Shown here: piece by piece, positions 40,609-50,805 of the stretch
Numbering within the stretch: the first letter of the stretch is position 1
Layout: every line of letters starts with the position of its first letter
NCBI GenBank assembly: GCA_963827205.1
Contig: CAWHAH010000004.1
Coordinates: forward strand, 192,241 to 256,240
Source of the DNA: an uncultured Verrucomicrobiae bacterium
GTDB taxonomy: Bacteria > Verrucomicrobiota > Verrucomicrobiia > Limisphaerales > UBA11358
Reading direction: 5' to 3'
DNA: 64,000 bases
Notes under the pieces: model-generated
Databases searched by the model: none
Told to the model about the DNA's origin: nothing
The model's input: the letters and a program-made list of their open reading frames with translations, nothing else
Position numbers and translations under genes: made by a program

Positions 40609-40640
40609 ACGGTCAAGCCCGTCCTCCAACCATAAACCCC

Positions 40641-41837
40641 ATGAGGCTGGCCAATATCAACCACCCTGTTTTGATTTATGAACCAAGCGTGGACGGCCAT
40701 CACGTTGGCGGTCTGCGCTTCATCACCGAGGATTTGCTGGGCGCGGGGTTTTCACTGACGCTCGCGGTGGACACGCGGCCCGCCGCCATGAAACGCATCG
40801 AGGGCCAGATGGCCCACCTCCTGGCGCAGGTGAAAATTATTCCGACCATTTCTAAAAAATTTGATGAAACCAGAATCGCCTCGTCCGCCCAGGTCGCCGC
40901 CTGCCTGGAAAAATCCGGCGCGGCGCTGGCGTTCCTGGCCCATTTCAACGACCTTGCCTCGACCACCCTGCGTCTCGCGGCCTTCGGCTGGATGCCCGCC
41001 GACCGCTTGTGGGGACGGCTCGGCGGCATTTATCTGCGCCCGCAATTTCTCAACGCCAGTCCGTTCTTGCCCAATCAGGCGCTGAAAAAAATCGGCTTCC
41101 GCCGCCTCATTCGAAATGGCTGGCTGAATCCCTTGCTGCTGTTTGACCCGCTGCTCTGCGACGTTGCCCGGAAAAAATATCCGGGCGCGCCGATTCATTT
41201 GCTCGCCGATCCGTATCCCGAAAATTTTCACGCCGACCGCGCGGCGGCTCGGAAACGGTTCAATCTCCCGGACGCCAAATTTGTTTTGCTCTTTTATGGC
41301 GGCGGCTACAAGCGCAAAGGCTTGCACCTCGCGGTCGAAGCCATGCTCAGAATGTCCGCGCCCGGCCCGGCGTTTTTGCTGTGCGCCGGCTTGCAGCCCA
41401 ACAACGAACAGCTGGCCCGCGATCTTGAAACCCTCCGCTCGCAAGGCCGCGCAGAAATCGTGAACCGCTACGTTTCCGCCGAGGAGGAGCGGCAGTTGTT
41501 CGCCGCGTGCGACGCCGTATTATTGCCTTACCTCCACCACCAAGGCACCAGCGGCGTTTTGTCGCGCGCCGCCGGCGCGGGCAAGCCGGTCATCGCTTCC
41601 GATGAATATCTCATCGGCCACCTCGTGCGCCAATACGGCATGGGATTGCTTTTTGAATCCGGCAATGTCCTGGAGCTTCAAAGTGCCATGGTCCAGGTCG
41701 CGTCTGCCAGGGTGGAAGAACTCTCCAAGTGGCAAACCGGCGCTCAAATTTACGCCCAAAAATGTTCGCGCGACACATTCCGTTCCACGCTGGTCGCCGC
41801 TGTTGAAGCAGCAATTTCCAGTGCCCCTGCAAAGTGA
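40641..41837 (+). CDS. Glycosyltransferase, GT-B fold (group 1 / GT4-like)
   Basis: VLLFYGGGYKRKGLHLAVEAM...AVLLPYLHHQGTSGVLSRAAGAGKPVIASD. ATG 40641. Confidence 0.82.
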   Translation: MRLANINHPVLIYEPSVDGHHVGGLRFITEDLLGAGFSLTLAVDTRPAAMKRIEGQMAHLLAQVKIIPTISKKFDETRIASSAQVAACLEKSGAALAFLAHFNDLASTTLRLAAFGWMPADRLWGRLGGIYLRPQFLNASPFLPNQALKKIGFRRLIRNGWLNPLLLFDPLLCDVARKKYPGAPIHLLADPYPENFHADRAAARKRFNLPDAKFVLLFYGGGYKRKGLHLAVEAMLRMSAPGPAFLLCAGLQPNNEQLARDLETLRSQGRAEIVNRYVSAEEERQLFAACDAVLLPYLHHQGTSGVLSRAAGAGKPVIASDEYLIGHLVRQYGMGLLFESGNVLELQSAMVQVASARVEELSKWQTGAQIYAQKCSRDTFRSTLVAAVEAAISSAPAK

Positions 41838-42827
41838 ACTCACGCAACAACATTTTGCTGGTCCGCCTCAAGTCCATCGGCGACATCCTGTTTTACGCTG
41901 CCGGCCGTCCACGTTTTGCGGGAAAATTTTCCGGACGCCAGACTGCATTTTCTCGTTTCCAAGGAATACGCCCCCCTCCTGCGCGGCTTTGCTGAAATTG
42001 ACGAAATCCTTCCATTGGACCGTGCGGTTTACCATTCGGGCAATTTGAAATCCGCGGTTTTCAGCACATTCGAGCTGCTGCGGGTTTTGCGGCGAAAAAG
42101 GTTTTCGCTGGCAATTGATTTTCAAGGCTACGGTGAGACGGAAATTTTGTCGTGGTGGAGCGGTGCGCCCCGGCGCTGGGGTTGCGTCTATCATCCCCCG
42201 CGCGGCTGGCTTTACACGCGGGGTGTCCGGCTCAACTACCAAATCCACCCGGCGGATAATCACCTTGCCCTGCTGCGGGAATCCGGCTTGCGACCCGGTG
42301 AAATCCGCAACGAATTTATCCTGCCGCCCGAAGCGCTGGCCGCCGCAGGCCAATTTTTCGCCGCGCATCATTTGGACCCGGTCAGATCCACGCTTTATCT
42401 CCAGCCGTTCACCAGTTCGCCGCATAAAGACTGGCCGATGGAAAATTACCTGGCGCTGGCGCGTTTTTGGCGCGAACGGAGCGTGCAAATTGTTTTCAGC
42501 GGCGGTCCCGGAGATCGGCCGCGGCTCGAACCGGCGCAGGCGGACGGTTTCACCGTGGCCGCCGGGGTTCCGCGCCTGACGGACGCCGGTTTGATGAAGC
42601 TTTCCACGGTGGTCGTGGGCGGAGACACCGGATTCCTGCACCTGGCGACTGCGCTGGGCAAGCGCGTACTCATGCTGATCAAACGGACCGGTCCCGGCGC
42701 CACCGTTCCCTTTCGTCATGCCAATTGGATCGTTGAACCACCAGCCGGTTTGGCCGTGGAACACATCGAACGGGAACGGCTATTGCAGGCCAGTATCGCC
42801 GCCTTTGACGAAGCTCGTGTCGCCTGA
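41834..42827 (+). CDS. Glycosyltransferase family 9 (heptosyltransferase-like), frameshifted at a T4 run (41891-41894)
   Basis: GTG 41834 overlaps the upstream stop (GTGA) and reads (M)NSRNNILLVRLKSIGDILF. Removing one T continues TLPAVHVLRENFPDARLHFLV into ORF 41916-42827. C-terminal VVGGDTGFLHLATALGKRVLML. Confidence 0.85.
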
Positions 42828-42876
42828 TGGTTTTTTCGCTTGTCGGCTTGATGGTTCCATTTCAAGTTGCCGGGAT

Positions 42877-43533
42877 ATGAATTCATGGCAATCGCTGGCC
42901 GGCGAAATCGTCCGGCGTCAGGCCGAATGGACCGCCCGCTGGCATGAAACTTCCACGCCGCCTGAAACCGGCGTGCCCTGGAACGCCATCGAGCGGAATC
43001 ATCGGATGAATTTTGATTTGTGGCACGAAGAAGACGTTGCGCGGCGCGAGGATTTGAGCCTGGAACGGATGCGCGACGCCAAACGCACGATCGACCGCTG
43101 CAACCAGGCCCGCAACGACGCCGTCGAGCAGATGGATGCTTGGTTCCTGGGTCAACTGCCGCCGGCCAACCCGGATAGCCCGCTCCACTCTGAAACGCCC
43201 GGCATGATCATTGACCGGCTCTCAATCCTCTCGTTAAAGGTCTATCACATGCGACTCGAAGCCGGCCGGGAATCCGCCACGGCGGCGCATCGCCGCACCT
43301 GCGCCGACCGCTGCGCGATTCTGGCGGAACAACTCCGCGATCTAGAGGAGTGTTTTCAGGAATTGCTGGCCGTGTTGGAGCGCGGCACCCGCCGTTTCAA
43401 GTTGTACCGGCAACTGAAGATGTACAACGATGCCAGTTTGAATCCTCAGCTTTACAGTCGCCCGCAGCCTGCGAAGTGGCAGGTGAGGCCAAAGGGCTCT
43501 TCTCCGGCGGAAGATCCTTTTCCCTGGTGCTGA
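42877..43533 (+). CDS. Hypothetical protein, DUF4254-like (family often adjacent to heptosyltransferases, from memory)
   Basis: ATG 42877. HRMNFDLWHEEDVARR motif and a helical composition. The family name is from recollection only. Confidence 0.7.
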   Translation: MNSWQSLAGEIVRRQAEWTARWHETSTPPETGVPWNAIERNHRMNFDLWHEEDVARREDLSLERMRDAKRTIDRCNQARNDAVEQMDAWFLGQLPPANPDSPLHSETPGMIIDRLSILSLKVYHMRLEAGRESATAAHRRTCADRCAILAEQLRDLEECFQELLAVLERGTRRFKLYRQLKMYNDASLNPQLYSRPQPAKWQVRPKGSSPAEDPFPWC

Positions 43534-43592
43534 CGGGGAAAACGTTCCAGAAATTCAGACGGTCACGGTGATCGAAGCCTCCGCCCAGGCGA

Positions 43593-44468
43593 TCAGCGAA
43601 CCAGCCGGTAATGTGTTTTGTTGAATCGAAAACCGAACCACTGTTCCAGTTTGAGCATCAGGCGATGCTTTTTTTCGCGCGAACTTAATTTGTAATCCGG
43701 GTCGGCTCGGAAAATCCCCTCCGCTTTCGGCAGCCACTCTTGAATCACTTTCGGGTGCGTGCCGGTGAAAAGTTTAAGCGTGGCCGGGTCAATTTGCTTA
43801 TAATCCACCCTGGCAGCCGGTTCATTTTCCCAGTATTTGTGGGTGGCGACGGCCTTGAGATTCATCTGCGTTTGACTGCGTACCCACCCGTAATGGTAAA
43901 TCGTCGCGCCCGTGTGCGCGGCGCGCGGATGGCGCGATTGCTTGTGACTGACCACCACGTTGAAAAAGAGCGACTCGCTCGACCACGCCGGAATGGTGTT
44001 GCGGAGGATGCGGACTTCGCTGCGATACCAGCCGGGCGACCAGGCAATCGTGTTCGCGTTGCCGTAAAAATGCAGGTAATCAAACGCGAGCGCCTCGACG
44101 CGGGCATCGTCCAGATAACGTTCCATCGTCGCCCGGACTTTCACCAGGTCGTCCTCATGCATGACTTCATCGGCTTCCAGATAAAACGCCCAGTCCCCGA
44201 TGCAATTGAACAGAGCGATGGTTTTTTGCTGGCCAAAGACAAAGCCCTTGACGCTGTAATCCGACCGGATGCGCTCGTTCCATTGCGTGGGGAGGATGCG
44301 GATTTTAGGATCGCCGATGGCGCGCAATTGTTTTTCCGTGTCGTCTTCGCATGGCCCGAGCGCGACGACAAATTCGTCCACGACGGACAGAATTGAACGG
44401 ATGGACGCCACAAACGGATAGCCGAGTTTCTGGCCATTGCGCAAAAAGGTGAACCCGCTGACTTTCAT
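43593..44468 (-). CDS. Glycosyltransferase family 2-like
   Basis: MKVSGFTFLRNGQKLGYPFVASIRSILSVVDEFVVALGPCEDDT...FYLEADEVMHEDD is a GT-A fold with an acidic DxD-equivalent. Confidence 0.8.
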   Translation of the reverse strand: MKVSGFTFLRNGQKLGYPFVASIRSILSVVDEFVVALGPCEDDTEKQLRAIGDPKIRILPTQWNERIRSDYSVKGFVFGQQKTIALFNCIGDWAFYLEADEVMHEDDLVKVRATMERYLDDARVEALAFDYLHFYGNANTIAWSPGWYRSEVRILRNTIPAWSSESLFFNVVVSHKQSRHPRAAHTGATIYHYGWVRSQTQMNLKAVATHKYWENEPAARVDYKQIDPATLKLFTGTHPKVIQEWLPKAEGIFRADPDYKLSSREKKHRLMLKLEQWFGFRFNKTHYRLVR

Positions 44469-44477
44469 GCACGAAGG

Positions 44478-45494
44478 TTAAGCTCCATTTTCCCAAGGCA
44501 AAAGTTGTTTCGCCAGGAAACCCAGCCGGGTCGCCGGCGACGGTTCGTTCCCTTCGCCCAGCGAGCCATGCGTCAAAATCCGTTCGTAGTAACCGAGATA
44601 TTTTCGCGCCGTGTCCAGGTGTGTGAATCCGCCGCGCAGCACACGGTCACGGCACGCCGCCGGACTGAACCGCTGCGGATGCTTCGCCGCCTCGGCAAGT
44701 TCGACCATTTTGGCGCTCAACGTGCCGGTTTCCGGCGTGACGATTTCGGGCAACGACCCGTATGGCGTGGCCACGACGTAAGCGCCGCTTACCAGCGCCT
44801 CGGTGACCGCCAGACCGAAGGGTTCCTCCCAGCGCACCGGGAAAATCAAGCAACGCGCCCGGGACAGCAATTCCTCCTTTTCCGGTTTGCCCAGCAAGCC
44901 GTAATAGCGGACACCCCGGATGGGGGGCCACCAGCGCTGCAGACGCAACGGCCAGTCGCGTGAGCCAATCACCCGCAGTTCCAGACCGGCGCGGCGCGCC
45001 GCCGCCACGGCGCCGTGAAAATTTTTCACTTTCCACCGTGCCTTGGCCAGAAACAGGGCATAGTCCTCGCGCTTTTCCGCAAACCGAAAATCATCCGGGT
45101 TGATTCCCGGATAAACGAAATGATGTGACCCGTGGTTTGCCGCGTGCCGCCGCGAGACAAAGACGGTGTTCGGCGGGAATTGCTCGCCCGGCCGGCCGTT
45201 GCCGTGAACTGTCAGCAAATACGGCTTGTTGACGATCCCTCGGGGCTGTTCGTGAAAATGCACGATGTCCGTCGCATCCGGAATCAGATTCAACCAGGCT
45301 TGCGGATTTTTTTCATCCGCTGCCAGCGTACGCAGTTCCGCACCGGGAAGGCGGCTTTCGGCATTGGCAATCAGTGTCACGCGATGCCCCAACGCTATCA
45401 ATGCCTGGCCGAGCCAGAAAATATAACGCTCCGTCCCGCCGTAAAGTCTTGGCGGGACTGGAATTTTCCCAAGCTTGTAAAGCGTGACGTGCAT
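44478..45494 (-). CDS. Glycosyltransferase family 4
   Basis: GGTERYIFWLGQALIALGHRVTLI and CLIFPVRWEEPFGLAVTEALVSGAYVVATPYGSLPEIV. Confidence 0.9.
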   Translation of the reverse strand: MHVTLYKLGKIPVPPRLYGGTERYIFWLGQALIALGHRVTLIANAESRLPGAELRTLAADEKNPQAWLNLIPDATDIVHFHEQPRGIVNKPYLLTVHGNGRPGEQFPPNTVFVSRRHAANHGSHHFVYPGINPDDFRFAEKREDYALFLAKARWKVKNFHGAVAAARRAGLELRVIGSRDWPLRLQRWWPPIRGVRYYGLLGKPEKEELLSRARCLIFPVRWEEPFGLAVTEALVSGAYVVATPYGSLPEIVTPETGTLSAKMVELAEAAKHPQRFSPAACRDRVLRGGFTHLDTARKYLGYYERILTHGSLGEGNEPSPATRLGFLAKQLLPWENGA

Positions 45495-45507
45495 TTGAGC
45501 TTCCGCC

Positions 45508-47574
45508 CTACTGCGTCCTTCCGAACTTTTTCTCGAGTTCCCGGTAGTTCATTTCAATCAGCGTTGGCCGGCCGTGCGGGCAGGTATAGGGCATCGCACA
45601 ATGGCGCAGATCCTCGACGAGCTTTTCCAGTTCCCGTCCGCCGAGGGGATCGTTGGCCTTCACGGCGTGCCGGCAGACGGTCTTGGCAATCGTGTGCTCG
45701 CCCAGCCGGGCGAGATTCACCTCGCGTCCCGCCGCCTTCAACTCGTCCACGAGGTCGAGCACGAACCGGCGAGGGTCGGTTACTTTGACGAACGGCGGCA
45801 GGGTGTCCAGCAAAAACGTCCGCTCGCCGAATTCACTCAACCCGACGCCCAGCCGCGTGAGCACGGGCAACTGCTCCCGCAAAAAATTCGCGTCGCGCGC
45901 CGCCAATTCAATCGTCTCCGGCAGCAGCAGCTTTTGCGACGGCGCGGAACCGCTCTGCTCAATCCGGTTCAACATTTGCTCGAACAAAATCCGCTCATGC
46001 GCGGCGTGCTGGTCGAGCAGGACCAGTCCGCGGTCGGATTCGAGCACCACGTAAAGTTTGCCGATGACCCCGATGAGGCGCAAAGGGACATTCAAAAGCG
46101 GAGTTGGCCCGGAAGACGGCGGTCGCAGGTCCGGGGTCGGAACCGCCGGGGGCGGCGGCGAGGATGGAGGATGGAGGATGGGAGATGGCGTTTGCGGTTC
46201 GGATGTTGCCGGCGCGGCCGCCGCGGCTGACGGTGAATAGCCCTTTTTCAAGGGAGCTGGTTGCGTTGGAACCTTCGGCGGTTCAACCAGCGCCGGCTTC
46301 AGCTTTTCCGGAAAATTGGGCAGCGCGGAAGTTTCGGGCGCAGGCTTTGATTGAACAATTTCCGGCCGCCCGGGTTTTTGACCCTGCGTTTTCTGCATCT
46401 CTGCGTTAAAACCGGCCGTTGGTTTCGGAAGTTCGGAATGAAACGCCAGTAGCGTCTCGCGCATGGCTTGGGCGGTAAATTTGCGGATTTCCAGTTCGCG
46501 GTGGAATTTCACCTCGCGCTTGGCCGGATGGATATTCACGTCCACCGCCGCCGGATCAATTTCCAGGAACAGGCAGCAGACGGGATAACGGCCTTTCATC
46601 AACGTCGTGTGGTAACCTTCGAGCAGGGCGTAATTGAGCCCGCGATTTTCCACCGGACGCCGATTAACGAACAAGTGCTGGCTCTCGCGGGTCGCGCGCG
46701 ACACGCCCGGCGCGCCGATGAAACCCCAGATTCGGAGTTCGCCCGTCCTCCGCAGTAGCTCTGCTACGGGGGGTGGAGAGTTCGCGGTTCGGAGTTCGGA
46801 GTTTTCCGGCGAAGCGGTTTCAAAAATATCGGTTTCTTCCGATTTGAAGGGGTCGTCGAGGGCAGCCAGGAAGTTCACGGGCAATAGCTTTTCATCGCCG
46901 AGCAGGGCGCGGAGGCGCTCGCGCAGCGCCTCCAGCCGGCTCGAAGTGGCCGCGCCGGATTTTTGCGCCGGCAATTGCCAGACAAACCGCCCCTCTTTTT
47001 GGAACGTGAACGCGACCTCGGGAAACGCCAGTGCGGCGAGCGTGAGGTAATGCTGGACGTGCGCGGCCTCGGTTTCCTCGGTGCGCAAAAATTTCCGGCG
47101 CGCAGGCAGATTGAAAAAAAGCTGCCGCACTTCGACGTTGGTGCCGGTCGCGCTGCCGGCGGCCTTGACTTCGGCAATTTTTCCGCCGTTGACAACGACC
47201 TGTGTGCCTTCGGGCGAACGGCCGTCGCGTTCGCGCGTGGTCAACGTGAAACGACTGACGCTGGCAATGCTCGGCAGCGCCTCGCCGCGAAAACCCATCG
47301 TGGCGATCGCCGCCAAATCCTCGGCCCTTTGAATCTTGCTCGTGGCGTGGCGTTCGAGGCAAAGCAGCGCGTCGTCACGGCTCATGCCGGTGCCGTCGTC
47401 GGTCACGCGGATGAGGCTGCGTCCGCCGGCCTGGATTTCGACCGCGACTTTTCCTGCGCCGGCATCGAGGGCATTCTCAACCAGTTCCTTCACGACGCTC
47501 GCGGGGCGCTCAATCACCTCGCCGGCGGCGATTTGATTGGCGACCTGTTCGGGCAGCAGTTTGATGCGGTTCAT
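45508..47574 (-). CDS. mutL: DNA mismatch repair protein MutL
   Basis: LLPEQVANQIAAGEVIERPASVVKELVENALDAGA and a C-terminal dimerisation region (GQ...YIL..DQHAAHERILFE-like). ATG 47574. Contains a low-complexity insertion (see the repeat feature). Confidence 0.95.
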   Translation of the reverse strand: MNRIKLLPEQVANQIAAGEVIERPASVVKELVENALDAGAGKVAVEIQAGGRSLIRVTDDGTGMSRDDALLCLERHATSKIQRAEDLAAIATMGFRGEALPSIASVSRFTLTTRERDGRSPEGTQVVVNGGKIAEVKAAGSATGTNVEVRQLFFNLPARRKFLRTEETEAAHVQHYLTLAALAFPEVAFTFQKEGRFVWQLPAQKSGAATSSRLEALRERLRALLGDEKLLPVNFLAALDDPFKSEETDIFETASPENSELRTANSPPPVAELLRRTGELRIWGFIGAPGVSRATRESQHLFVNRRPVENRGLNYALLEGYHTTLMKGRYPVCCLFLEIDPAAVDVNIHPAKREVKFHRELEIRKFTAQAMRETLLAFHSELPKPTAGFNAEMQKTQGQKPGRPEIVQSKPAPETSALPNFPEKLKPALVEPPKVPTQPAPLKKGYSPSAAAAAPATSEPQTPSPILHPPSSPPPPAVPTPDLRPPSSGPTPLLNVPLRLIGVIGKLYVVLESDRGLVLLDQHAAHERILFEQMLNRIEQSGSAPSQKLLLPETIELAARDANFLREQLPVLTRLGVGLSEFGERTFLLDTLPPFVKVTDPRRFVLDLVDELKAAGREVNLARLGEHTIAKTVCRHAVKANDPLGGRELEKLVEDLRHCAMPYTCPHGRPTLIEMNYRELEKKFGRTQ
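46728..46815. repeat. CGGAGTTCG-unit repeat with a central small hairpin, in frame inside mutL
   Basis: ttcggagttcg (46731-46741), gtagc tct gctac, then ttcgcggttcggagttcggagtt (46781-46802). Translated as SPENSELRTANSPPPVAELLRRTGELRIW, just before the conserved GFIG. Confidence 0.45.
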
Positions 47575-47909
47575 GCGCTTCGCGAAACGGCGGCATTCAT
47601 CCATCCGCCGGGCCAATGCTACAATGCAATGAGGCAGCGTTTCAACGATTCAACGATACGGCATCGTCGAGAAGACGAAACGGGATGCCGGCCAGAGGGG
47701 ACGGTCATGGGCACTTTACGAAAAAATTTGCTGACGTAAAGCCAAGAGATGCAAAGCCAAATGCCCGAGAATGTGCATGATAACTTATTGACAAACAGCC
47801 CACAAAAAGCAAGAATGAATCATTCGGGTGGCAGTACGTTTCTTCAGCGGGGTTCCCCACCCCCACCTCCTTGGCGTCTGCTGCCCGAATTTGTTTTCCG
47901 CAAAGCTCC

Positions 47910-47938
47910 TTGACGCTTCCGGGCGCATCTTCTAGCCT
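47910..47938 (+). promoter_or_regulatory. Candidate sigma-70-type promoter for tRNA-Asp
   Basis: TTGACG (47910-47915), 17-nt spacer, TAGCCT (47933-47938). This is about 15 nt upstream of the mature tRNA 5' end. Sequence match only. Confidence 0.35.
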
Positions 47939-47953
47939 GACTTGTTCTATTGC

Positions 47954-48030
47954 GGGGGCGTAGCTCAATTGGTTAGAGCGCTGCCCTGTCACGGCAGAGG
48001 TTACGGGTTCGAGCCCCGCCGCTCCCGCCA
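47954..48030 (+). tRNA. tRNA-Asp (anticodon GTC), CCA encoded
   Basis: Hand-folded cloverleaf. Acceptor GGGGGCG/CGCTCCC (one G-U). D stem GCTC/GAGC. Anticodon stem CTGCC/GGCAG with loop CTGTCAC. T arm CGGG-TTCGAGC-CCCG. Discriminator G, then CCA. Confidence 0.95.
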
Positions 48031-48417
48031 GTTCTCCATGTTATGACCACCTGTGACATGGAATGCCACAGCGTGACTTTCGCCAATGTTCACGACAGCT
48101 TTATCCATTTTCACCCCGCTGTTCATTGTGCCACCCGATGACTCGTTTTGACTGACCGCGACTGGTTCTTGTGATGCTCCTTGTGAGGCTGTTCCCGTGT
48201 AATTCGGCAATCTCGCAATTTTATCCAAGACAAGCCCTAATCCTTAGCCAAGATTGGGAAAGGTTCCGCTTGGTTCTTCGAAAAAGCATGAGATTTTTTC
48301 TTTGAAATATAGTGATATAAGAGCGATTCTGTCGAAGCCGCAGCTCAACAGAAGTTGGGCGTATGTATTAAACTTCGAGCATTGACCATAACCCTTTAAC
48401 CCTTCCTTAACCACTCG

Positions 48418-50805
48418 ATGCGACTTGTGAAATCCCGCTATCAAATGGCCGCCTTGGCAATCGTACTCGGTGGCTTGACTGCCACTGCGCAGACGACAAT
48501 TTTCGACGAGAACTTTGACGGCGGATATACGGGCTATTTCGGCACTGGTTCGTATTCGGGTGGCAGCCCGACCAACTGTACCAGCTATGTGCTGGCGAGT
48601 GGCGGAAACCCGAGCGGCTGCTGGCAGGAAACCATGACGACAACAACCTGGAATGACTATTACGCCGGGCAACTGCAGTTGATGACGGTTTCCGGGAACA
48701 CGGATCCGAACCCGTCGGACTACGTGTTGTCCTTCGATGCCAAAGGCAGCCAGGCGGACCTCTTCGAGTTTACTATACAAACCTGGCCGGACAATTATTT
48801 TGGCGGCTTGGGGCCGATCATAAACGCGACGGTCGACGACGAGTTGACGGCCGCCAATACCTGGCAGACTTTCAGCGTAAACTTGGGCAGCATCACGGCG
48901 GCCTTGCCGATCGGAGCAACCTGGCAGTTGGCCTTCCAACTCAATGCCTGGCAGTGGAACGGCCCCGGTTTCACCGACACCCTGACCATCGACAATATTA
49001 TCCTGAAGAATATTGGTAATCCCATTGGGCTCACCTCCTCGTTCAACCCCTCCTCCTACGGCGGCAGTGTCACCTTTACCGCCACGGTCCTGACCAACGG
49101 GACGACCGCCGGCAATGCCACAGGTCAGGTGGTGTTTTCTTCTCCCAATGGCCCGTTCAGCACCAACACGGTGACTGGCGGCAGCGCCACCAGTTCTCCA
49201 ATTACCAATCTCCCGGTGGGCACGGACCTGATCACCGCCACCTACTCCAGCGGCAACTATCCGGGCAGCGCCAACACGTTGGAGCAAAGCGTCGCCCCCG
49301 CCCCCGGCATCCCACAAAACAATCTTCCGATTTACACCGACAATCTGGTGAACGGTTTTCAAAATTGGAGTTGGGCAACCGTCAATATGACCAACACTTC
49401 GCCAGTTCATTCGGGAAGCTATTCCATCAGTGTTACCGATGGCGGTAACTACCAGGCGCTTGCTTTTGAGCATTCGGATTTTAATACCAGCCTCTACACC
49501 AATTTCAGTTTTTGGGTCAATGGCGGCAGCGCTGGTGGCCAAAAAGTGCAAGTTTGGGGATTGCTGGATGGCACCAATCAGTTGGCCTATCCCTTGGGTG
49601 CTTTGCAGACCAATACCTGGCAGCAATTTACCATTCCGCTTTCCTCCGTGGGCGTGGCCAACAAGCCAAATTGTAGCGGCTTTTGGATTCAGGGCGACGA
49701 TGGCGGCGCGGCACAACCCACCTTTTACGTGGACGATGTTCAACTGGTAGCCGCGCCTGCACCGGCCGTGGTCCACTTGAGAGTTGACGCCGGGCAGGCC
49801 TTGCAAACTGTGGATGCGCGCCAGTTCGGACTCAATACCGGCACCTGGGACGACAGTCTGACCAATGCCCAAACATTGCCACAGCTTGAAGCCGTCGGTT
49901 GTTTGAACTTGCGCTGGCCGGGTGGCTCGACTTCGGACACATACCATTGGGCCACTGACCCGACCGGGAATGCCACCTTCAGGTATATCGCCACCAATCT
50001 AGCCGCTCAAGTTTTCACCACCGTTAATTACGGCACCGGGACTCCCGGTGAGGCGACCGCTTGGGTGCTCTCGGCCAACAAAACCAATAGCTGCGGTTTC
50101 AAATATTGGGAAATTGGCAATGAATGTTATGGCACATGGGAAACCGATTCCAATGTAGTTCCTCATGATCCATACACGTATGCCACCAACGCGGCGGCTT
50201 ACATTCAGCAAATGAAGGCGGCTTACCCGGCCGTGCCTATCCATGTGGGCATTGTCGTCGCGCCGGGAGAGGGAAGCTATTCCAACAACGCGACGCATTT
50301 TGCCATCAATCCGCGCACCGGCACCACGAACTATGGATGGACGCCCATCGTATTGTCCGAGTTGAAAAGCCTCGGAGTCATGCCCGATTTCCTCATTTAT
50401 CATTTTTACTGGCAATACACCACCTATGGCTGGACTCCTTACTCTGCATCCGCAGACAGCGACCCGCTCCTGTTGCAGGTGGCCGGCAATCCGTGTCCCC
50501 TGGTTTGGAGCGACTGGGCCAGCGCCGCCGCGAACTTGCGCCAGCAAATCACCGATTACATCGGACCCGCTGGCACCAACATTGAGTTGTGTGTGACGGA
50601 AAACAACAGCGACGCCGGGGCCATGGGCCGGCAATCCACCAGTCTGGTCAACGCACTCTACCTCGCCGACAGCACCAGCCAGCTCATGAAAACCGAATTC
50701 AGATCGTACCTCTTTTGGGATTTCCAAAATGATGAACCGGAGGCGGGCGGCGATTATGACCCGACGATCTATGGCTGGCAGGGGTCGGTGATTACGGGAT
50801 CGTGA
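48418..50805 (+). CDS. Secreted multidomain glycoside hydrolase (clan GH-A, arabinofuranosidase/COG3534-like) with CBM-like and Ig-like domains; N-terminal 795-aa part
   Basis: Signal peptide MRLVKSRYQMAALAIVLGGLTATAQ. Ig-like segment VTFTATVLTNGTTAGNATGQVVF. Catalytic-type motifs LRWPGGSTSDTYHW, YWEIGNECYG and LCVTENNS. The frame breaks at the G4 run 50781-50784. Confidence 0.85.
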   Translation: MRLVKSRYQMAALAIVLGGLTATAQTTIFDENFDGGYTGYFGTGSYSGGSPTNCTSYVLASGGNPSGCWQETMTTTTWNDYYAGQLQLMTVSGNTDPNPSDYVLSFDAKGSQADLFEFTIQTWPDNYFGGLGPIINATVDDELTAANTWQTFSVNLGSITAALPIGATWQLAFQLNAWQWNGPGFTDTLTIDNIILKNIGNPIGLTSSFNPSSYGGSVTFTATVLTNGTTAGNATGQVVFSSPNGPFSTNTVTGGSATSSPITNLPVGTDLITATYSSGNYPGSANTLEQSVAPAPGIPQNNLPIYTDNLVNGFQNWSWATVNMTNTSPVHSGSYSISVTDGGNYQALAFEHSDFNTSLYTNFSFWVNGGSAGGQKVQVWGLLDGTNQLAYPLGALQTNTWQQFTIPLSSVGVANKPNCSGFWIQGDDGGAAQPTFYVDDVQLVAAPAPAVVHLRVDAGQALQTVDARQFGLNTGTWDDSLTNAQTLPQLEAVGCLNLRWPGGSTSDTYHWATDPTGNATFRYIATNLAAQVFTTVNYGTGTPGEATAWVLSANKTNSCGFKYWEIGNECYGTWETDSNVVPHDPYTYATNAAAYIQQMKAAYPAVPIHVGIVVAPGEGSYSNNATHFAINPRTGTTNYGWTPIVLSELKSLGVMPDFLIYHFYWQYTTYGWTPYSASADSDPLLLQVAGNPCPLVWSDWASAAANLRQQITDYIGPAGTNIELCVTENNSDAGAMGRQSTSLVNALYLADSTSQLMKTEFRSYLFWDFQNDEPEAGGDYDPTIYGWQGSVITGS

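Noticed and set aside
40331-41894. Phase-variable glycosyltransferases via slipped-strand mispairing at homopolymers in the GT2, GT9 and DxD genes.
   Set aside because: The tracts are only 3-5 nt, whereas known contingency loci use about 8 nt or more. The same kind of lesion also hits dnaE and a hydrolase, so base-calling error is the simpler explanation.
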